In this document: positions 23,824 through 34,248 of the stretch, one piece after another
Position numbering within the stretch: position 1 is the first letter of the stretch
How the letters are laid out: every line of letters starts with the position of its first letter
DNA from: Anaeromyxobacter sp.
GTDB lineage: Bacteria; Myxococcota; Myxococcia; Myxococcales; Anaeromyxobacteraceae
Length of the DNA: 64,000 nucleotides
NCBI GenBank assembly: GCA_049840735.1
Contig: JASGJN010000022.1
Coordinates: 128,001 to 192,000, forward strand
Direction: 5' to 3'
Notes under the pieces: model-generated
Databases searched by the model: none
Told to the model about the DNA's origin: nothing
What the model saw: the letters and a program-made list of their open reading frames with translations, nothing else
Position numbers and translations under genes: made by a program

Positions 23824-24405
23824 ATGGCCGATGAGGCGCTGGACCTCGAGGTGCGGCGGCTGCTGGGCGCGGGCGAGCGGGACGCGGCCGCGACGCTGGC
23901 GCTGCGCCGGCTGGGGCCCAAGGTGGTGGGCTACCTGCGCACGGTGCTGCGCAACGAGGCCGACGCGGCCGAGGCGTTCGGCGTCTTCGCCGAGCACCTC
24001 TGGCGCGGGCTCGAGGGCTGGCGCGGCGAGGCCCCGCTGCGCGGCTGGGCCTTCCGGCTGGCCTGGAACGCGGCGCTGAACCTGCGCAACGAGGCCTGGC
24101 GGCGGCGGGTGCGGCGCATGGAAACCGGGGAGGCGTCGCGCATCGCCGAGGAGGTGCGCACCGCCACGGCGCTGCGCGTCGAGCGGCAGCGGCGCGGGCT
24201 GGACAAGCTGCGCGAGGCGCTCTCGCCGGAGGAGCAGACGCTGCTCAGCCTGCGGGTGGACCAGGAGCTGTCCTGGAGCGAGATCGCGGCCGTGCTGGCG
24301 CCGGAGCAGGGCGAGGTGGACCCGGCGGCGCTGCGCAAGCGGTTCGAGCGGATGAAGGCGCGGCTGGGGGAGCTGGCGCGGGCGCAGGGGTTGATGGAGG
24401 AGTAG
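23824..24405 (+). CDS. ECF-type sigma-70 factor
   Basis: Region 2 (DAAEAF..LWRGL..WRGEAPLRGWAFRLAWN) and region 4 (LSPEEQTLL..LSWSEIA). Confidence 0.85.
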   Translation: MADEALDLEVRRLLGAGERDAAATLALRRLGPKVVGYLRTVLRNEADAAEAFGVFAEHLWRGLEGWRGEAPLRGWAFRLAWNAALNLRNEAWRRRVRRMETGEASRIAEEVRTATALRVERQRRGLDKLREALSPEEQTLLSLRVDQELSWSEIAAVLAPEQGEVDPAALRKRFERMKARLGELARAQGLMEE

Positions 24406-24429
24406 GCGGCGGGGGCCGCGCGCCGGGGC

Positions 24430-24456
24430 TGTCACGAAGCGAAGGGGGTCCTGTCT
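24430..24456 (+). promoter_or_regulatory. Putative ECF-type promoter TGTCAC-N16-TGTCT (copy 1)
   Basis: Same boxes and spacing as 26238-26264, about 70 nt upstream of the amylase ATG. Confidence 0.5.
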
Positions 24457-24526
24457 GCGTTGCAGGGCGGCCGGTGCCGTCCCCAGCCACTGACGCGGCC
24501 GGCCCCTGGTCCGGCCCAGGACCCCC

Positions 24527-26171
24527 ATGACCATCCGCTCCCCTCGCCGTCCTCGCCGCGGTGGCGTCCCTGGCCCCTCCCGCGGGGCCGGCGGTCGCCG
24601 CCGAGCCCGCCGGCCCCGTCACGCAGTGGCAGCATGACTGGGCGCGCGGCGCCGTGTTCTACGAGGTCTTCGTCCGCTCCTTCGCCGACTCCGACGGCGA
24701 CGGGATCGGTGACCTGCGCGGCCTCACCTCCCGGCTGGACGCGCTCAACGACGGCGATCCCGCGACCACCCAGGACCTGGGCGTGGACGCGCTCTGGCTC
24801 ATGCCCATCTTCCCGTCGCCCAGCTACCACGGCTACGACGCGACCGACTACCTGTCCATCCACCGCCAGTATGGGACGCTGGCGGACTTCGACCAGCTGC
24901 TGAAGGAGGCGCATCGGCGCGGGATCCGCGTGATCCTCGACCTGGCGCTCAACCACACCAGCACCGCCCACCCATGGTTCCGGGAGTCCGCGTCCTCCCG
25001 GACCTCCCCCCGGCGCGGCTGGTACGTGTGGCGGGACCAGGACCCGGGCTGGACCCAGCCCTGGGGAGAGCGGGAGCCGACCTGGCACGAGGCCGGCGGC
25101 GCGTACTACTACGGGCTGCCCAACGCGCAGCTGCCGGACCTCGACCTCCGGAACCCGGAGGTCAGGGCCGAGGCGCGGCGCATCGCCCGCTTCTGGCTCG
25201 AGCGCGGCGTGGACGGGTTCCGGCTCGACTACGCCCGCTACATGATCGAGGACGGCGACGGGGCGGGGCAGTGTGACACCCCCGCCACGCACGCGCTCTG
25301 GACCGAGTTCTCCGCCTACGTCCGCTCGGTGAAGCCCGAGGCGCTGCTGGTGGGCGAGGTCTGGACCGACGCCGGGCGCATCGCCGGCTACTACGGCGAC
25401 ACCTCCCGCGTGAAGGGCGGCGACCAGCTGCCCATGACCTTCGACTTCCCGCTCTCCGGCGCCATCGTGGCCGGCCTCAGGGCCGGGGTGCCGGACCAGA
25501 TCGCCGACGCGCTCGACACGGCGGCCCGGCTCTACCCGGCGGGCGTCCTGGACGCGCCCTTCCTGACCAACCACGACCAGGTGCGTATCGCCACCGAGCT
25601 CGGCGGGGACGCGGCCAAGCTCCGCGCCGCGGCCGCGATCCTGCTCACCCTGCCCGGCGCTCCGTTCATCTACTACGGCGAGGAGCTGGGCATGCTGAAC
25701 GGACCGGGGACCGATGATGCGGAGAAGCGGACCCCCTTGCCCTGGGATGGCTCGAAGGGAGGTGGGTTCAGCAGCGGGAGGCCCTGGATGCCCTTCGCGC
25801 CCGGCCGCGAGGTCGCCAACGTGGCGGCGGAGCAGTCGGATCCGAGGTCGCTCAGGTCCCGCTACCGTGAGCTGATCGCCCTGCGCCACCGCTCGGAGGC
25901 GCTCAGGGAGGGAGGGCTGGAGCTCCTGCCCTGCCCTGGGACCACGCTCGCCTTCGTGCGCCGGTCGGCGCACCAGACCGTCCTCGTGCTCCAGAACGTG
26001 GGCGACGAGGTGGAGATGGCGGGGCCGTACCGGCTGCCGGAGGGGACGGCCACCGTGCTGTTCTCCGACCCTGGCGTCGGCGAACCCGTCCGGAAGCCGG
26101 AAGGGACGGCCGTGCGCCTCCCGCCGCACGCGACCGCCATCTTCGAGCTCGGGGAGGCGAACCCTCGATAG
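24527..26171 (+). CDS. Secreted GH13 alpha-amylase family glycosidase, copy 1 (frameshift in signal peptide near 24540)
   Basis: [49 protein letters not shown] and YYGEELG motifs. Confidence 0.9.
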
Positions 26172-26181
26172 CCTCCACCTG

Positions 26182-26219
26182 GCGCCCGCCGCGGTCCTGC
26201 CCCGGGCCGCGGCGGGCGC
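26182..26219 (+). terminator. GC-rich hairpin after amylase copy 1
   Basis: GCGCCCGCCGCGG...CCGCGGCGGGCGC, repeated after copy 2. Confidence 0.5.
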
Positions 26220-26237
26220 GGCCGTGTACACGAAGCG

Positions 26238-26264
26238 TGTCACGAAACGACTCGAGGCCTGTCT
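26238..26264 (+). promoter_or_regulatory. Putative ECF-type promoter TGTCAC-N16-TGTCT (copy 2)
   Basis: TGTCAC GAAACGACTCGAGGCC TGTCT. Confidence 0.5.
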
Positions 26265-26331
26265 TGCGTGCAGGGCGGCCGTCGCCGCCCCCCACGACAG
26301 CCGCGGCCGGGCCGCCGGCCCAGGAACCTCC

Positions 26332-27975
26332 ATGACCCTCCGCCTCCTCGCGCTCCTCGCCGCGCTGGCGCCGCTCGCCGCGGGCGCCGCCGATCCCGCT
26401 CCGCCTGTCGGGGCCGCCTCCTCTCCCGCCGCCTGGAGCAACGGGTGGGCCCGGGGTGCGGTCTTCTACGAGGTCTTCGTCCGCTCCTTCGCCGACTCGG
26501 ACGGCGACGGCACCGGCGACCTCCGGGGCCTGACCGCGAAGCTGGACGAGCTGAACGACGGCGACCCCGCCACCACCGGCGACCTGGGCGTGGACGCGCT
26601 CTGGCTCATGCCCATCTTCCCGTCGCCCAGCTACCACGGGTACGACACCACCGACTACGAGGACATCAACCCGGACTACGGCACCCTGGCGGACTTCGAC
26701 CGGCTGGTGAAGGAGGCGCACCGGCGCGGGATCCGCGTGATCCTCGACCTGGTCGTGAACCACACCTCGACCCAGCACCCGTGGTTCCAGGACGCGCGCT
26801 CGTCGGCCAAGGCGGTCCACCGCGACTGGTACGTGTGGAGCCAGCAGGATCCGGGGTGGCACCAGCCCTGGGGCCAGGACCCGGTCTGGCACCGCGACGG
26901 GAGCGCCTACTACTACGCGCTGTTCTGGGACCAGATGCCGGACCTCGACTTCCGGAACCCGGAGGTGCGGGCCGAGATCCGCCGCATCGCCAAGCTGTGG
27001 CTGGACCGCGGCGTGGACGGCTTCCGGCTGGACGCGGCGCGCCACCTGGTGGAGGACGGCGACGGTGACGGACAGTGCGACACGGCGGGGACGCGGGCGG
27101 CGTGGGCCGAGTTCGCGGCGTACGTCCGGAGCGCGAAGCCGGACGCGGTGCTGGTGGGCGAGCTCTGGACCAGCACGCGGAACATCGCGCCGTACTACGG
27201 CGACGGCGCGCGGGTGGTCGGCGGCGACGGGCTGCCGATGGCGTTCGACTTCCCGCTGGCGACCGCGACGATCGCGGCGCTGCGGACCGGCGCGCCGGAG
27301 GGGATCGCCACGACGCTGGCCGAGGTGCAGCGGCTCTATCCGAAGGGCGCCCTGGACGCGCCGTTCCTGACCAACCACGACCACATCCGCGTGGCCACCC
27401 AGCTCGAGGGCCACCCCGGGAAGCTGCGGGCGGCCGCCGGGATCCTGCTCACGCTGCCGGGCGCGCCGTTCGTCTACTACGGCGAGGAGCTCGGGCTGGT
27501 GAACGGGCCAGGGACGGACGACCCGCAGAAGCGGACGCCGATGCCGTGGGACGCGACCAAGGGCGGCGGGTTCACGACCGGGCGGCCGTGGTTCCCGTTC
27601 GCGCCCGGGCGCGAGGTCGTGAACGTCGCGGTCGAGAAGGGCGACCCCCGCTCGCTCCGATCGCGGTACCGGGACCTGATCGCGGTGCGGCACCGGTCGG
27701 AGGCGCTGCGGGAGGGGGCGCTGGAGCTCCTGCCGGGCGCCGGGCGCACGCTGGCGTTCGTGCGGCGCGCGGGCGGGCAGACGGTGGTGGTGCTGCAGAA
27801 CGTGGGCGAGGGGGCGGAGGAGGCCGGGCCGTATGCGCTGCCCGACGGCGCCCTCCGGCCGCTCTTCGCCGACCCCGGCGTCGGCGCGCCCGTGACCGGG
27901 CCGAAGGGGGTGACCGTGAAGCTGCCCCCGCACGGCACGGCGATCTTCGAGTTCGCGAGGGCGACCCCCCGATAG
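26332..27975 (+). CDS. Secreted GH13 alpha-amylase family glycosidase, copy 2
   Basis: Signal peptide [19 protein letters not shown] and all GH13 catalytic motifs. Close paralog of copy 1. Confidence 0.92.
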   Translation: MTLRLLALLAALAPLAAGAADPAPPVGAASSPAAWSNGWARGAVFYEVFVRSFADSDGDGTGDLRGLTAKLDELNDGDPATTGDLGVDALWLMPIFPSPSYHGYDTTDYEDINPDYGTLADFDRLVKEAHRRGIRVILDLVVNHTSTQHPWFQDARSSAKAVHRDWYVWSQQDPGWHQPWGQDPVWHRDGSAYYYALFWDQMPDLDFRNPEVRAEIRRIAKLWLDRGVDGFRLDAARHLVEDGDGDGQCDTAGTRAAWAEFAAYVRSAKPDAVLVGELWTSTRNIAPYYGDGARVVGGDGLPMAFDFPLATATIAALRTGAPEGIATTLAEVQRLYPKGALDAPFLTNHDHIRVATQLEGHPGKLRAAAGILLTLPGAPFVYYGEELGLVNGPGTDDPQKRTPMPWDATKGGGFTTGRPWFPFAPGREVVNVAVEKGDPRSLRSRYRDLIAVRHRSEALREGALELLPGAGRTLAFVRRAGGQTVVVLQNVGEGAEEAGPYALPDGALRPLFADPGVGAPVTGPKGVTVKLPPHGTAIFEFARATPR

Positions 27976-27986
27976 CCCCCGCGAGG

Positions 27987-28023
27987 CGCCCGCCGCGGTC
28001 CCGCTCCCGGCCGCGGCGGGCGC
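27987..28023 (+). terminator. GC-rich hairpin after amylase copy 2
   Basis: GCGCCCGCCGCGG...CCGCGGCGGGCGC followed by a pyrimidine tract. Confidence 0.55.
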
Positions 28024-28317
28024 TCTTCCCTTCTTCTTCTTCCTCCCGTCGTCTTCCCGTCGCGTCGTCTTCCTCCCGTCCCAGAGTTCGATGACGACTC
28101 GATCGGTGCTCGTCACCTACAAGGGAGTCGGTCGGGTGTCGGGATGAGGCGTGGCGAGGGGGAATCGCAGCGAAGGGGCGGGCCGCGTGCCGTGCAACGA
28201 TGCGCGAACTGCGCAGAGCGGCTTCGACGACGGGGTCTGGGACAGACCTCGACGCCTCCGGCGCCGCGGGCGGCCGGCAGAAATGGGCAAGCGGGGATTG
28301 AGCACGACGCGTCCTGC

Positions 28318-29212
28318 TCAGGAGCTCTCGCAGGGCACGCTCAGCTGCACGCGCAGCCAGTAGGTTCCAAGCGGGAACACGACGCCGTCCACCTTCTGCT
28401 TGAACTTCGCGAGCGCCGCCTGGTAGCGCTCGCGGAAGCTGCGAAGGCGCTCGATGGCGGCGACGCGGGCTGCCACGTCCCTGGCCGCGATGCGTGGGTT
28501 GAGCTGGCGGAAGGGCTCCCAGCTCCTGGCGCGGTCGGACGGCTTCTGCGCCAGGACGGCCGCTGCCCCGGCGAAGGTGCGGCCCTGCTCCGCCATCTCC
28601 TCGGCGGCCTCGCGCTCCAGGCCTCCCAATCGAATCGGCGAGCGCCGCCCGGAACTCCTCGGCCGAGTCGAACCCGGGCGGCACGGTGAAGCGGAGCTCC
28701 GCGGTGGCGGGCATCGTGCCCTTCGGGCTGAAGAAGTGGTCGGGGCGCGCGATGACTTCAGGGGGGCCGCCGATGGCCTCCAGGGAGCTGCGGACGCCGG
28801 GCCACTCGTCGCCATGCTCGACGAGCCCGGCGGCGACCGGGTTGTTGAGCGTGTAGGCGATCTTCTCGAAGACGGCTTCCTTCGTCTCGAGGGTGACGCC
28901 GCTGAACGTGCCGCACTGCCAGAAGTGGTCGCTGCGGCCGTGCAGTGCGTTGAGGGCGCGCGCGACGAGGCCGTCGAGGAATTGATGGAACTCGGGGGCG
29001 CGCGCTTCGGGATTGGAGGCCACCAGGTGGTAGTGATCCGACATCACGATGAGCGCGTGCAGGTCGATGTGGCAGCGGTTCGCGGCCACGGCCAGGATGT
29101 ATTTGAAGATTCGATCGGTGTCCGGATTCGGCCGAAGGAAGAAGGTCCGCTCGAGCGTGCGGCGCGTGAGGAGCAGGATTGCGTTGCGGAGCACCTGGCG
29201 GGGATGGGACAT
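28318..29212 (-). mobile_element. RAYT-like Y1 (HUH) transposase (frameshift near 28630)
   Basis: LLTRRT, HUH motif VMSDHYHLV, GRSDHFW, and catalytic Tyr in IAYTLNNPVAAGLV..WPG. Confidence 0.85.
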
Positions 29213-29331
29213 GGGCCAGGGACATTCCACGTCCCGTGCCGGCGCCAGGTGCGCGAAAGAACGAGCGGCCGCCCCGGGGCCGCCGGACGATCCGCGGACC
29301 TCCGTCCAATATACGGACCTCTGGGACCGGA

Positions 29332-29784
29332 TCAGCCGCGGAAGATCATGCCGGCCAGGGCGATCAGCCACAGCGTGTGGCCGATGCCGGCGAACATGGC
29401 CATCCGGCGCGCGGGGGCGGCGGCGGGGGCGAGGTCCCCCGCGGCGACGGCCTCGACCACCTTCCGCCAGGCGGGCTGCAGCCCGAAGAAGAGCACGCCC
29501 AGCCGGAGCAGGGCGGCGACCAGGCCGATGCTGAGCCCGGTGGGCGGGTGCTGGCCGGGGTAGGCGATCATCAGGAGGGCCAGGCCGGTCAGGACCGTGC
29601 CGACGCCGGTCCACAGGTCCAGCCGCAGCGCCGCGCGCGCCCTGGGCAGCAGCGCGCCGACGTGCGGCGCGCCCAGGGCCACGGTCCGCTTCACGTCGCC
29701 GGCCGTCCAGAGCGCGGCGCCGAGCCACGCGGCGGCCAGCGCGATGTGCACCACCAGCAGGATCCCATACAAGGTGTCGTTCAC
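29332..29784 (-). CDS. Four-helix membrane protein (DUF2269-like)
   Basis: LLVVHIALAAAWLG start and four hydrophobic segments. GTG overlaps the ppk2 stop. Confidence 0.7.
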   Translation of the reverse strand: MNDTLYGILLVVHIALAAAWLGAALWTAGDVKRTVALGAPHVGALLPRARAALRLDLWTGVGTVLTGLALLMIAYPGQHPPTGLSIGLVAALLRLGVLFFGLQPAWRKVVEAVAAGDLAPAAAPARRMAMFAGIGHTLWLIALAGMIFRG

Positions 29785-30557
29785 GTGAGCTTCCCTTCCA
29801 GCAGCTTGATGGTCGTGCGCAGCACGGTCAGCCGCGCGTGCCGCTTGTCGTTGGCGGGGACCAGCACCCACGGCGCGTCGGGGCGGTGGGTCCGGTCGAG
29901 CATGTCCTGGATGGCCTCGGCGTAGGCGGGCGCCTTCTTCCGGTTGCGCCAGTCCTCCGGGCCGAGCTTGTAGCGCTTCACCGGGTCGGTCTCCCGCTCC
30001 TTGAACCGCCGCAGCTGGGTCCGCGCGTCGATGTGCAGGAAGAACTTCACCATCCGGACGCCCTCTGCGGTCAGCGTCCGCTCGAAGGCGTTGATCTCGT
30101 CGTAGGCCCGCTTCCAGGCGTCGCGGGCGGCGAACTCCTCGACCCGCTCCACCAGCACGCGCCCGTACCAGCTGCGGTCGAAGATGGACAGCTCGCCCTG
30201 GGCGGGCACGCGGGTCCAGAAGCGCCACAGGTACGGGTGGCGCCGCTCCTCCTCGTTGGGGGCGGAGATGGGCCAGACCTTGTAGCCGCGCGGGTCCATC
30301 AGCGTGGTGAGCCGCTTGATGGCGCCCCCCTTGCCGGCGGCGTCCCACCCCTCGAACAGCACCAGCGCCCGCCCGCCGTCGAGGAAGTTGCGCACCTGGA
30401 GCGCGTAGGCCCGCTTCTGCAGCTCCAGCACCTCGCGCTCGTAGGCGTCCTGGTCGACCTCGACCGAGAGGTCCACTTCGTCCAGGGAGAGCGTGCCCTT
30501 GCGGTAGACCTCGAAGGTGAGATCGCGCTCGCGGAGCTTGCCGGCCTTCTTCGCCAT
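29781..30557 (-). CDS. ppk2: Polyphosphate kinase 2 family protein
   Basis: FEGWDAAGKGGAIKR, FDRSWYGRVLVERVE and KFFLHI motifs. Confidence 0.92.
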   Translation of the reverse strand: MAKKAGKLRERDLTFEVYRKGTLSLDEVDLSVEVDQDAYEREVLELQKRAYALQVRNFLDGGRALVLFEGWDAAGKGGAIKRLTTLMDPRGYKVWPISAPNEEERRHPYLWRFWTRVPAQGELSIFDRSWYGRVLVERVEEFAARDAWKRAYDEINAFERTLTAEGVRMVKFFLHIDARTQLRRFKERETDPVKRYKLGPEDWRNRKKAPAYAEAIQDMLDRTHRPDAPWVLVPANDKRHARLTVLRTTIKLLEGKLT

Positions 30558-30657
30558 GGCCCCGAAACCTAGCACCGGAACGGTCCGGCTTCAGGTCACG
30601 GACGGTGCGTGCACCCAAGGTGAAGACGTCCACGCCACGGGCCTCCTGGGCCAGGCG

Positions 30658-32364
30658 TCAGGCCCGGTACCCGTGCGCGATGGGGAAGCGCCGCCCCTCG
30701 CCGAAGGCCTTCTCCGACACCTTGAGCACCGGCGCGGCCTGGCGCCGCTTGTACTCGCTGGCCACCACCATGCGCAGCACGCGCCGGACGGTGGCCTCGT
30801 CGTGGCCGCGGGCCACGATGGCGGCGGTGGGCAGCCGCTCCTCCACGTAGGCCTGCAGGATGTCGTCCAGCACCTCGTACGGCGGCAGCGAGTCCTGGTC
30901 CACCTGGCCGGGCTTGAGCTCGGCCGAGGGCGGCTTGGTGAAGGTCCGCTCCGGGATCAGCTCCCGCCCGGCCCGCGCGTTGGCGGCCCGCGAGACCCGG
31001 TACACCAGCGTCTTCGGCACGTCGCCGATCACCGCCAGGCCGCCGGCCATGTCGCCGTACAGCGTGCAGTACCCCACCGCCAGCTCGCTCTTGTTGCCGG
31101 TCGAGAGCACCAGCCCGCCGGTGTCGTTGGAGAGCGCCATCAGGATCTGCCCGCGCACGCGCGCCTGGACGTTCTGCTCGGCCAGGTCGCCCAGCGCCCG
31201 CCCGCCGCCGGCGTCGACCGTGGCCATGAAGGCGGCGTGCATGGGCTCGATGCCGATCTCGCGGTAGCGCACGCCCAGGTTGCGCGCCAGCGCCGCCGCG
31301 TCCTCGCGCGAGTGGTCCGACGAGTAGCGCGAGGGCATGCCCACCCCCAGCACGTTCTCCGGCCCCAGCGCCTCGGCGGCGATGCACGCGGTGAGCGCCG
31401 AGTCGATGCCGCCCGAGAGGCCGATCACCGCGCTGCGGAACCCGCACTTGCGCACGTAGTCGCGCACGCCCACGATCAGCGCCGACAGCACCTCGTCCGC
31501 CACCGGGTCGGCCGCGGCGGGCCGGGCCGGGATGGGCGCGCCGGTGAGCCCGACCACCTGGGCCCGGCCGCCGTCCAGGTCGGCCACCACCAGCGCCTCC
31601 TCGAAGAGCGGCGCGCGCGCCAGCACCGCGCCGTCGCGCCCCACCAGCATGGACCCGCCGTCGAAGAGCAGCGCGTCGTTGCCGCCCACCTGGTTCACGT
31701 AGGCGATGGGCGCGCCGTGGCCGCGGGCGCTGGCGGCCAGCATCCGCTCGCGCAGCGCCGGCTTGCCGATGGCGTAGGGCGAGGCCGACAGGTTCACCAC
31801 CAGCCCCGCCCCGCCCGACACCAGGTCGGCGATGGGGTCGCGCGCGTAGCGCGGCCGGTCCCAGAACCGCTTGTCGTTCCAGACGTCCTCGCAGACCGAG
31901 AGCCCCAGCGGCAGCGGCACGCCCGCGCCGGCCGGGACCGTGGTGGAGCGGTCGGCGGGAAGGAAGTAGCGCGTCTCGTCGAAGACGTCGTAGGTGGGCA
32001 GGAGCGACTTGCGCCCCACGGCGACCAGGCGCCCGTCCGCCAGCAGGGCCGCCGAGTTGTAGACCCCGGGGGGCGGGGCGCCCTCGGGCGCCTCCGGGAA
32101 CCCGAACACCACCGCCACCCCCCGCGACCACTCCGCCGGGGCAGCCAGCTCGGCCAGGGTGGCCTGCCCCCGCGCCAGGAACTCGGGCAGATCCAGGAAG
32201 TCCCGCGGCGGGTAACCGCACAGCGCCAGCTCCGGGAAGACCACCAGCGTGGCGCCGGCGGCCCGCGCCTGGGCCGTGGCCTGCCGGATGCGGGCGGCGT
32301 TCCCGGCGAAGTCCCCCACGGTGGTGTTCACCTGGGCGAGCGCGATGCGGACGGTCGTGGCCAT
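30658..32364 (-). CDS. nadE: Glutamine-dependent NAD+ synthetase
   Basis: Nitrilase domain (FPELALCGYPP, VCEDVW) plus GLSGGIDS, QNVQARVRG, TGNKSELAVGYCTLYGD and PPSAEL. Confidence 0.95.
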   Translation of the reverse strand: MATTVRIALAQVNTTVGDFAGNAARIRQATAQARAAGATLVVFPELALCGYPPRDFLDLPEFLARGQATLAELAAPAEWSRGVAVVFGFPEAPEGAPPPGVYNSAALLADGRLVAVGRKSLLPTYDVFDETRYFLPADRSTTVPAGAGVPLPLGLSVCEDVWNDKRFWDRPRYARDPIADLVSGGAGLVVNLSASPYAIGKPALRERMLAASARGHGAPIAYVNQVGGNDALLFDGGSMLVGRDGAVLARAPLFEEALVVADLDGGRAQVVGLTGAPIPARPAAADPVADEVLSALIVGVRDYVRKCGFRSAVIGLSGGIDSALTACIAAEALGPENVLGVGMPSRYSSDHSREDAAALARNLGVRYREIGIEPMHAAFMATVDAGGGRALGDLAEQNVQARVRGQILMALSNDTGGLVLSTGNKSELAVGYCTLYGDMAGGLAVIGDVPKTLVYRVSRAANARAGRELIPERTFTKPPSAELKPGQVDQDSLPPYEVLDDILQAYVEERLPTAAIVARGHDEATVRRVLRMVVASEYKRRQAAPVLKVSEKAFGEGRRFPIAHGYRA

Positions 32365-32391
32365 GGCCGGAGATGCTACAGTAACCGCGCC

Positions 32392-33264
32392 ATGGCGCGC
32401 CGCATCCTCGTCGCCGACGACTCGCTCTCCGTCCTCGCGGCGGTTCGCCGCGCGCTGGAGCCGGCGGGGTACGAGGTGGAGGCGCTGCCCCTCTCCGCCG
32501 TCCCGCCCGCCGAGCCCTTCGGCGCCGCCGTGGTGCGCGGCACCGCCGCCGGCGCTCCGCTGGTGGCCCGGCTGCGCGCCGCCGACCCGCTGCTGCCGGT
32601 GCTGGCCCTCTTCCACGACGAGGACGAGGCCGCGCAGCACGTGGCCAGTCCGGAGGCGGCCGGCGTGCTGGTGGGGCCGCTGCTGGCGCAGGCCGTGGTG
32701 GGGGCGGTCCGCGCCGCCGAGGCGCTCGGCGACGCGCGCCGGCAGGTCCGCGCGCTGGAGGCCGGCCCGGCCGCCGCCCACGAGCTGGCCTTCTTCAAGC
32801 GCATGATGCTGCTGGAGGTGAAGCGCTCGAAGCGCTACCGCTTCCCCGTCTCGCTCGCGCTGGTGGCGGTGGACGGCTGGCCGGCCCTCTCGGCCGGGCT
32901 GGGCGCCGCCGGCAGCACCGCGCTCCTCTCCGAGCTGCTGGGGCTCCTCACCGCCTCGCTGCGCGACATCGACCTGGCGGTCCCCTTCGGCGAGGACCGC
33001 TTCGTGGTGCTCCTCCCGCACACGCCGCCCGAACAGGCGCTGGGCGCGGCGCGCCGCCTGGTCCGCAGGCTGCGCGATTGCGACGCCCAGCCCGCCCTCA
33101 CCGTCAGCGCAGGCGTGGCCGGCCACGCCGGCGAGGGCGCGCTCTCCTTCGGCGCCCTGGTCAAGCAGGCCGCCGCCGCGCTCACCCGCGCCCGCGCCGA
33201 GGGCGGCGACCGGGCCGAGCCGGCCGGGCCGCCCCCGCCGCGCAGCCGCATCTCGATGGGCTGA
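32392..33264 (+). CDS. Pseudo-receiver plus degenerate GGDEF domain protein
   Basis: RILVADDS receiver start. EVKRSKRY..SLALVAVD and LRDID..FGEDRFVVLLP..TVSAGVA. Confidence 0.8.
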   Translation: MARRILVADDSLSVLAAVRRALEPAGYEVEALPLSAVPPAEPFGAAVVRGTAAGAPLVARLRAADPLLPVLALFHDEDEAAQHVASPEAAGVLVGPLLAQAVVGAVRAAEALGDARRQVRALEAGPAAAHELAFFKRMMLLEVKRSKRYRFPVSLALVAVDGWPALSAGLGAAGSTALLSELLGLLTASLRDIDLAVPFGEDRFVVLLPHTPPEQALGAARRLVRRLRDCDAQPALTVSAGVAGHAGEGALSFGALVKQAAAALTRARAEGGDRAEPAGPPPPRSRISMG

Positions 33265-33270
33265 GCGACC

Positions 33271-34248
33271 GTGCGCGCCCCGGTCCTGCTGGCGCTGCTC
33301 GGCGCCGCGCTCGCCTGCTCCCGCCCGGCCCCGCCGCTGCCGCCCGTCCGCCTCTTCGCCGGGCCCGGCCTCCCCGGCGCCGTGGTGCGGGAGGGCGCCG
33401 CGCGCGCCGGCCTCGCGGCGGTGACGCTGGTGGACTCGCCGGCGCAGGCTGAGCTGGTCTGGGTGGCCGATCCGGTGCAGGCGCTGGCGCTGGGCGAGCG
33501 GCTGGTGCCCGGCAGCGCCGCCGCGCCGGCCGGCGTCGACCACCGCTGGCTCGACCCGCAGGCCCGCTTCGCCCCGGGGCCGGCCCGCGCGCGCGTGCTG
33601 GTGGTGGCGCCCCGCGCGGCCCTGCCGTTCCAGCCGGTCAACGCCCGCGACCTGGCCGATCCGCGGCTCGCCGGCCGCGTCGTGCTGGCCCACCCGGCCC
33701 GCGGCGACGGGCCGGTGACGCTGGCCGCGCTGGCGCTCCGCTACGGCGACCGGAGCGCCGACCGCTTCCTGCAGCTGCTGGCGGCGAACCGGCCGCAGGT
33801 GGTGGAGACCGACGCCGAGGCCCGGGCCGCGGTGGCGCGCGGGCGCGCCGCGCTGGGCTGGACCAGCTCGCTGGAGGGCGCCGCCGGCGCGGCCAGCGCC
33901 GCTGGCCTGGAGGTGGTCTATCCGGACCAGGCCGGCGCGGGCGCGGTGGTGCTGCCCACCGCCGTGGCGCTGCTCTCCGGCGCCGGTCCGGACGCGAGCC
34001 TGCTGGCCGGCTGGCTGACGTCGCCGGCGGCCGAGCAGCTGCTGGTGGCGCGCGCGCCGGGCCTGCTGCCGCTCCGGCCCGAGGTGCCGGTGCCGGTCGG
34101 CGTCGAGCCGGCCGGGAACCTGCGCTGGCTGCGCCTGGACTGGGACCGGCTGGCCGAGACCACCCGCCGGCTCCAGCCGGATCTCGAGCGCTGGCCGGAC
34201 GCCTTCACGCAGGGTCCTGGCCTGTCCGGGGCGCGGCCTCGTCCGTGA
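33271..34248 (+). CDS. Extracellular solute-binding lipoprotein (Fe3+/thiamine SBP-like)
   Basis: Lipobox ALAC; DLADPRLAGRVVLAHP and VVYPDQ..GAVVLPTAVAL motifs. Confidence 0.7.
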   Translation: MRAPVLLALLGAALACSRPAPPLPPVRLFAGPGLPGAVVREGAARAGLAAVTLVDSPAQAELVWVADPVQALALGERLVPGSAAAPAGVDHRWLDPQARFAPGPARARVLVVAPRAALPFQPVNARDLADPRLAGRVVLAHPARGDGPVTLAALALRYGDRSADRFLQLLAANRPQVVETDAEARAAVARGRAALGWTSSLEGAAGAASAAGLEVVYPDQAGAGAVVLPTAVALLSGAGPDASLLAGWLTSPAAEQLLVARAPGLLPLRPEVPVPVGVEPAGNLRWLRLDWDRLAETTRRLQPDLERWPDAFTQGPGLSGARPRP

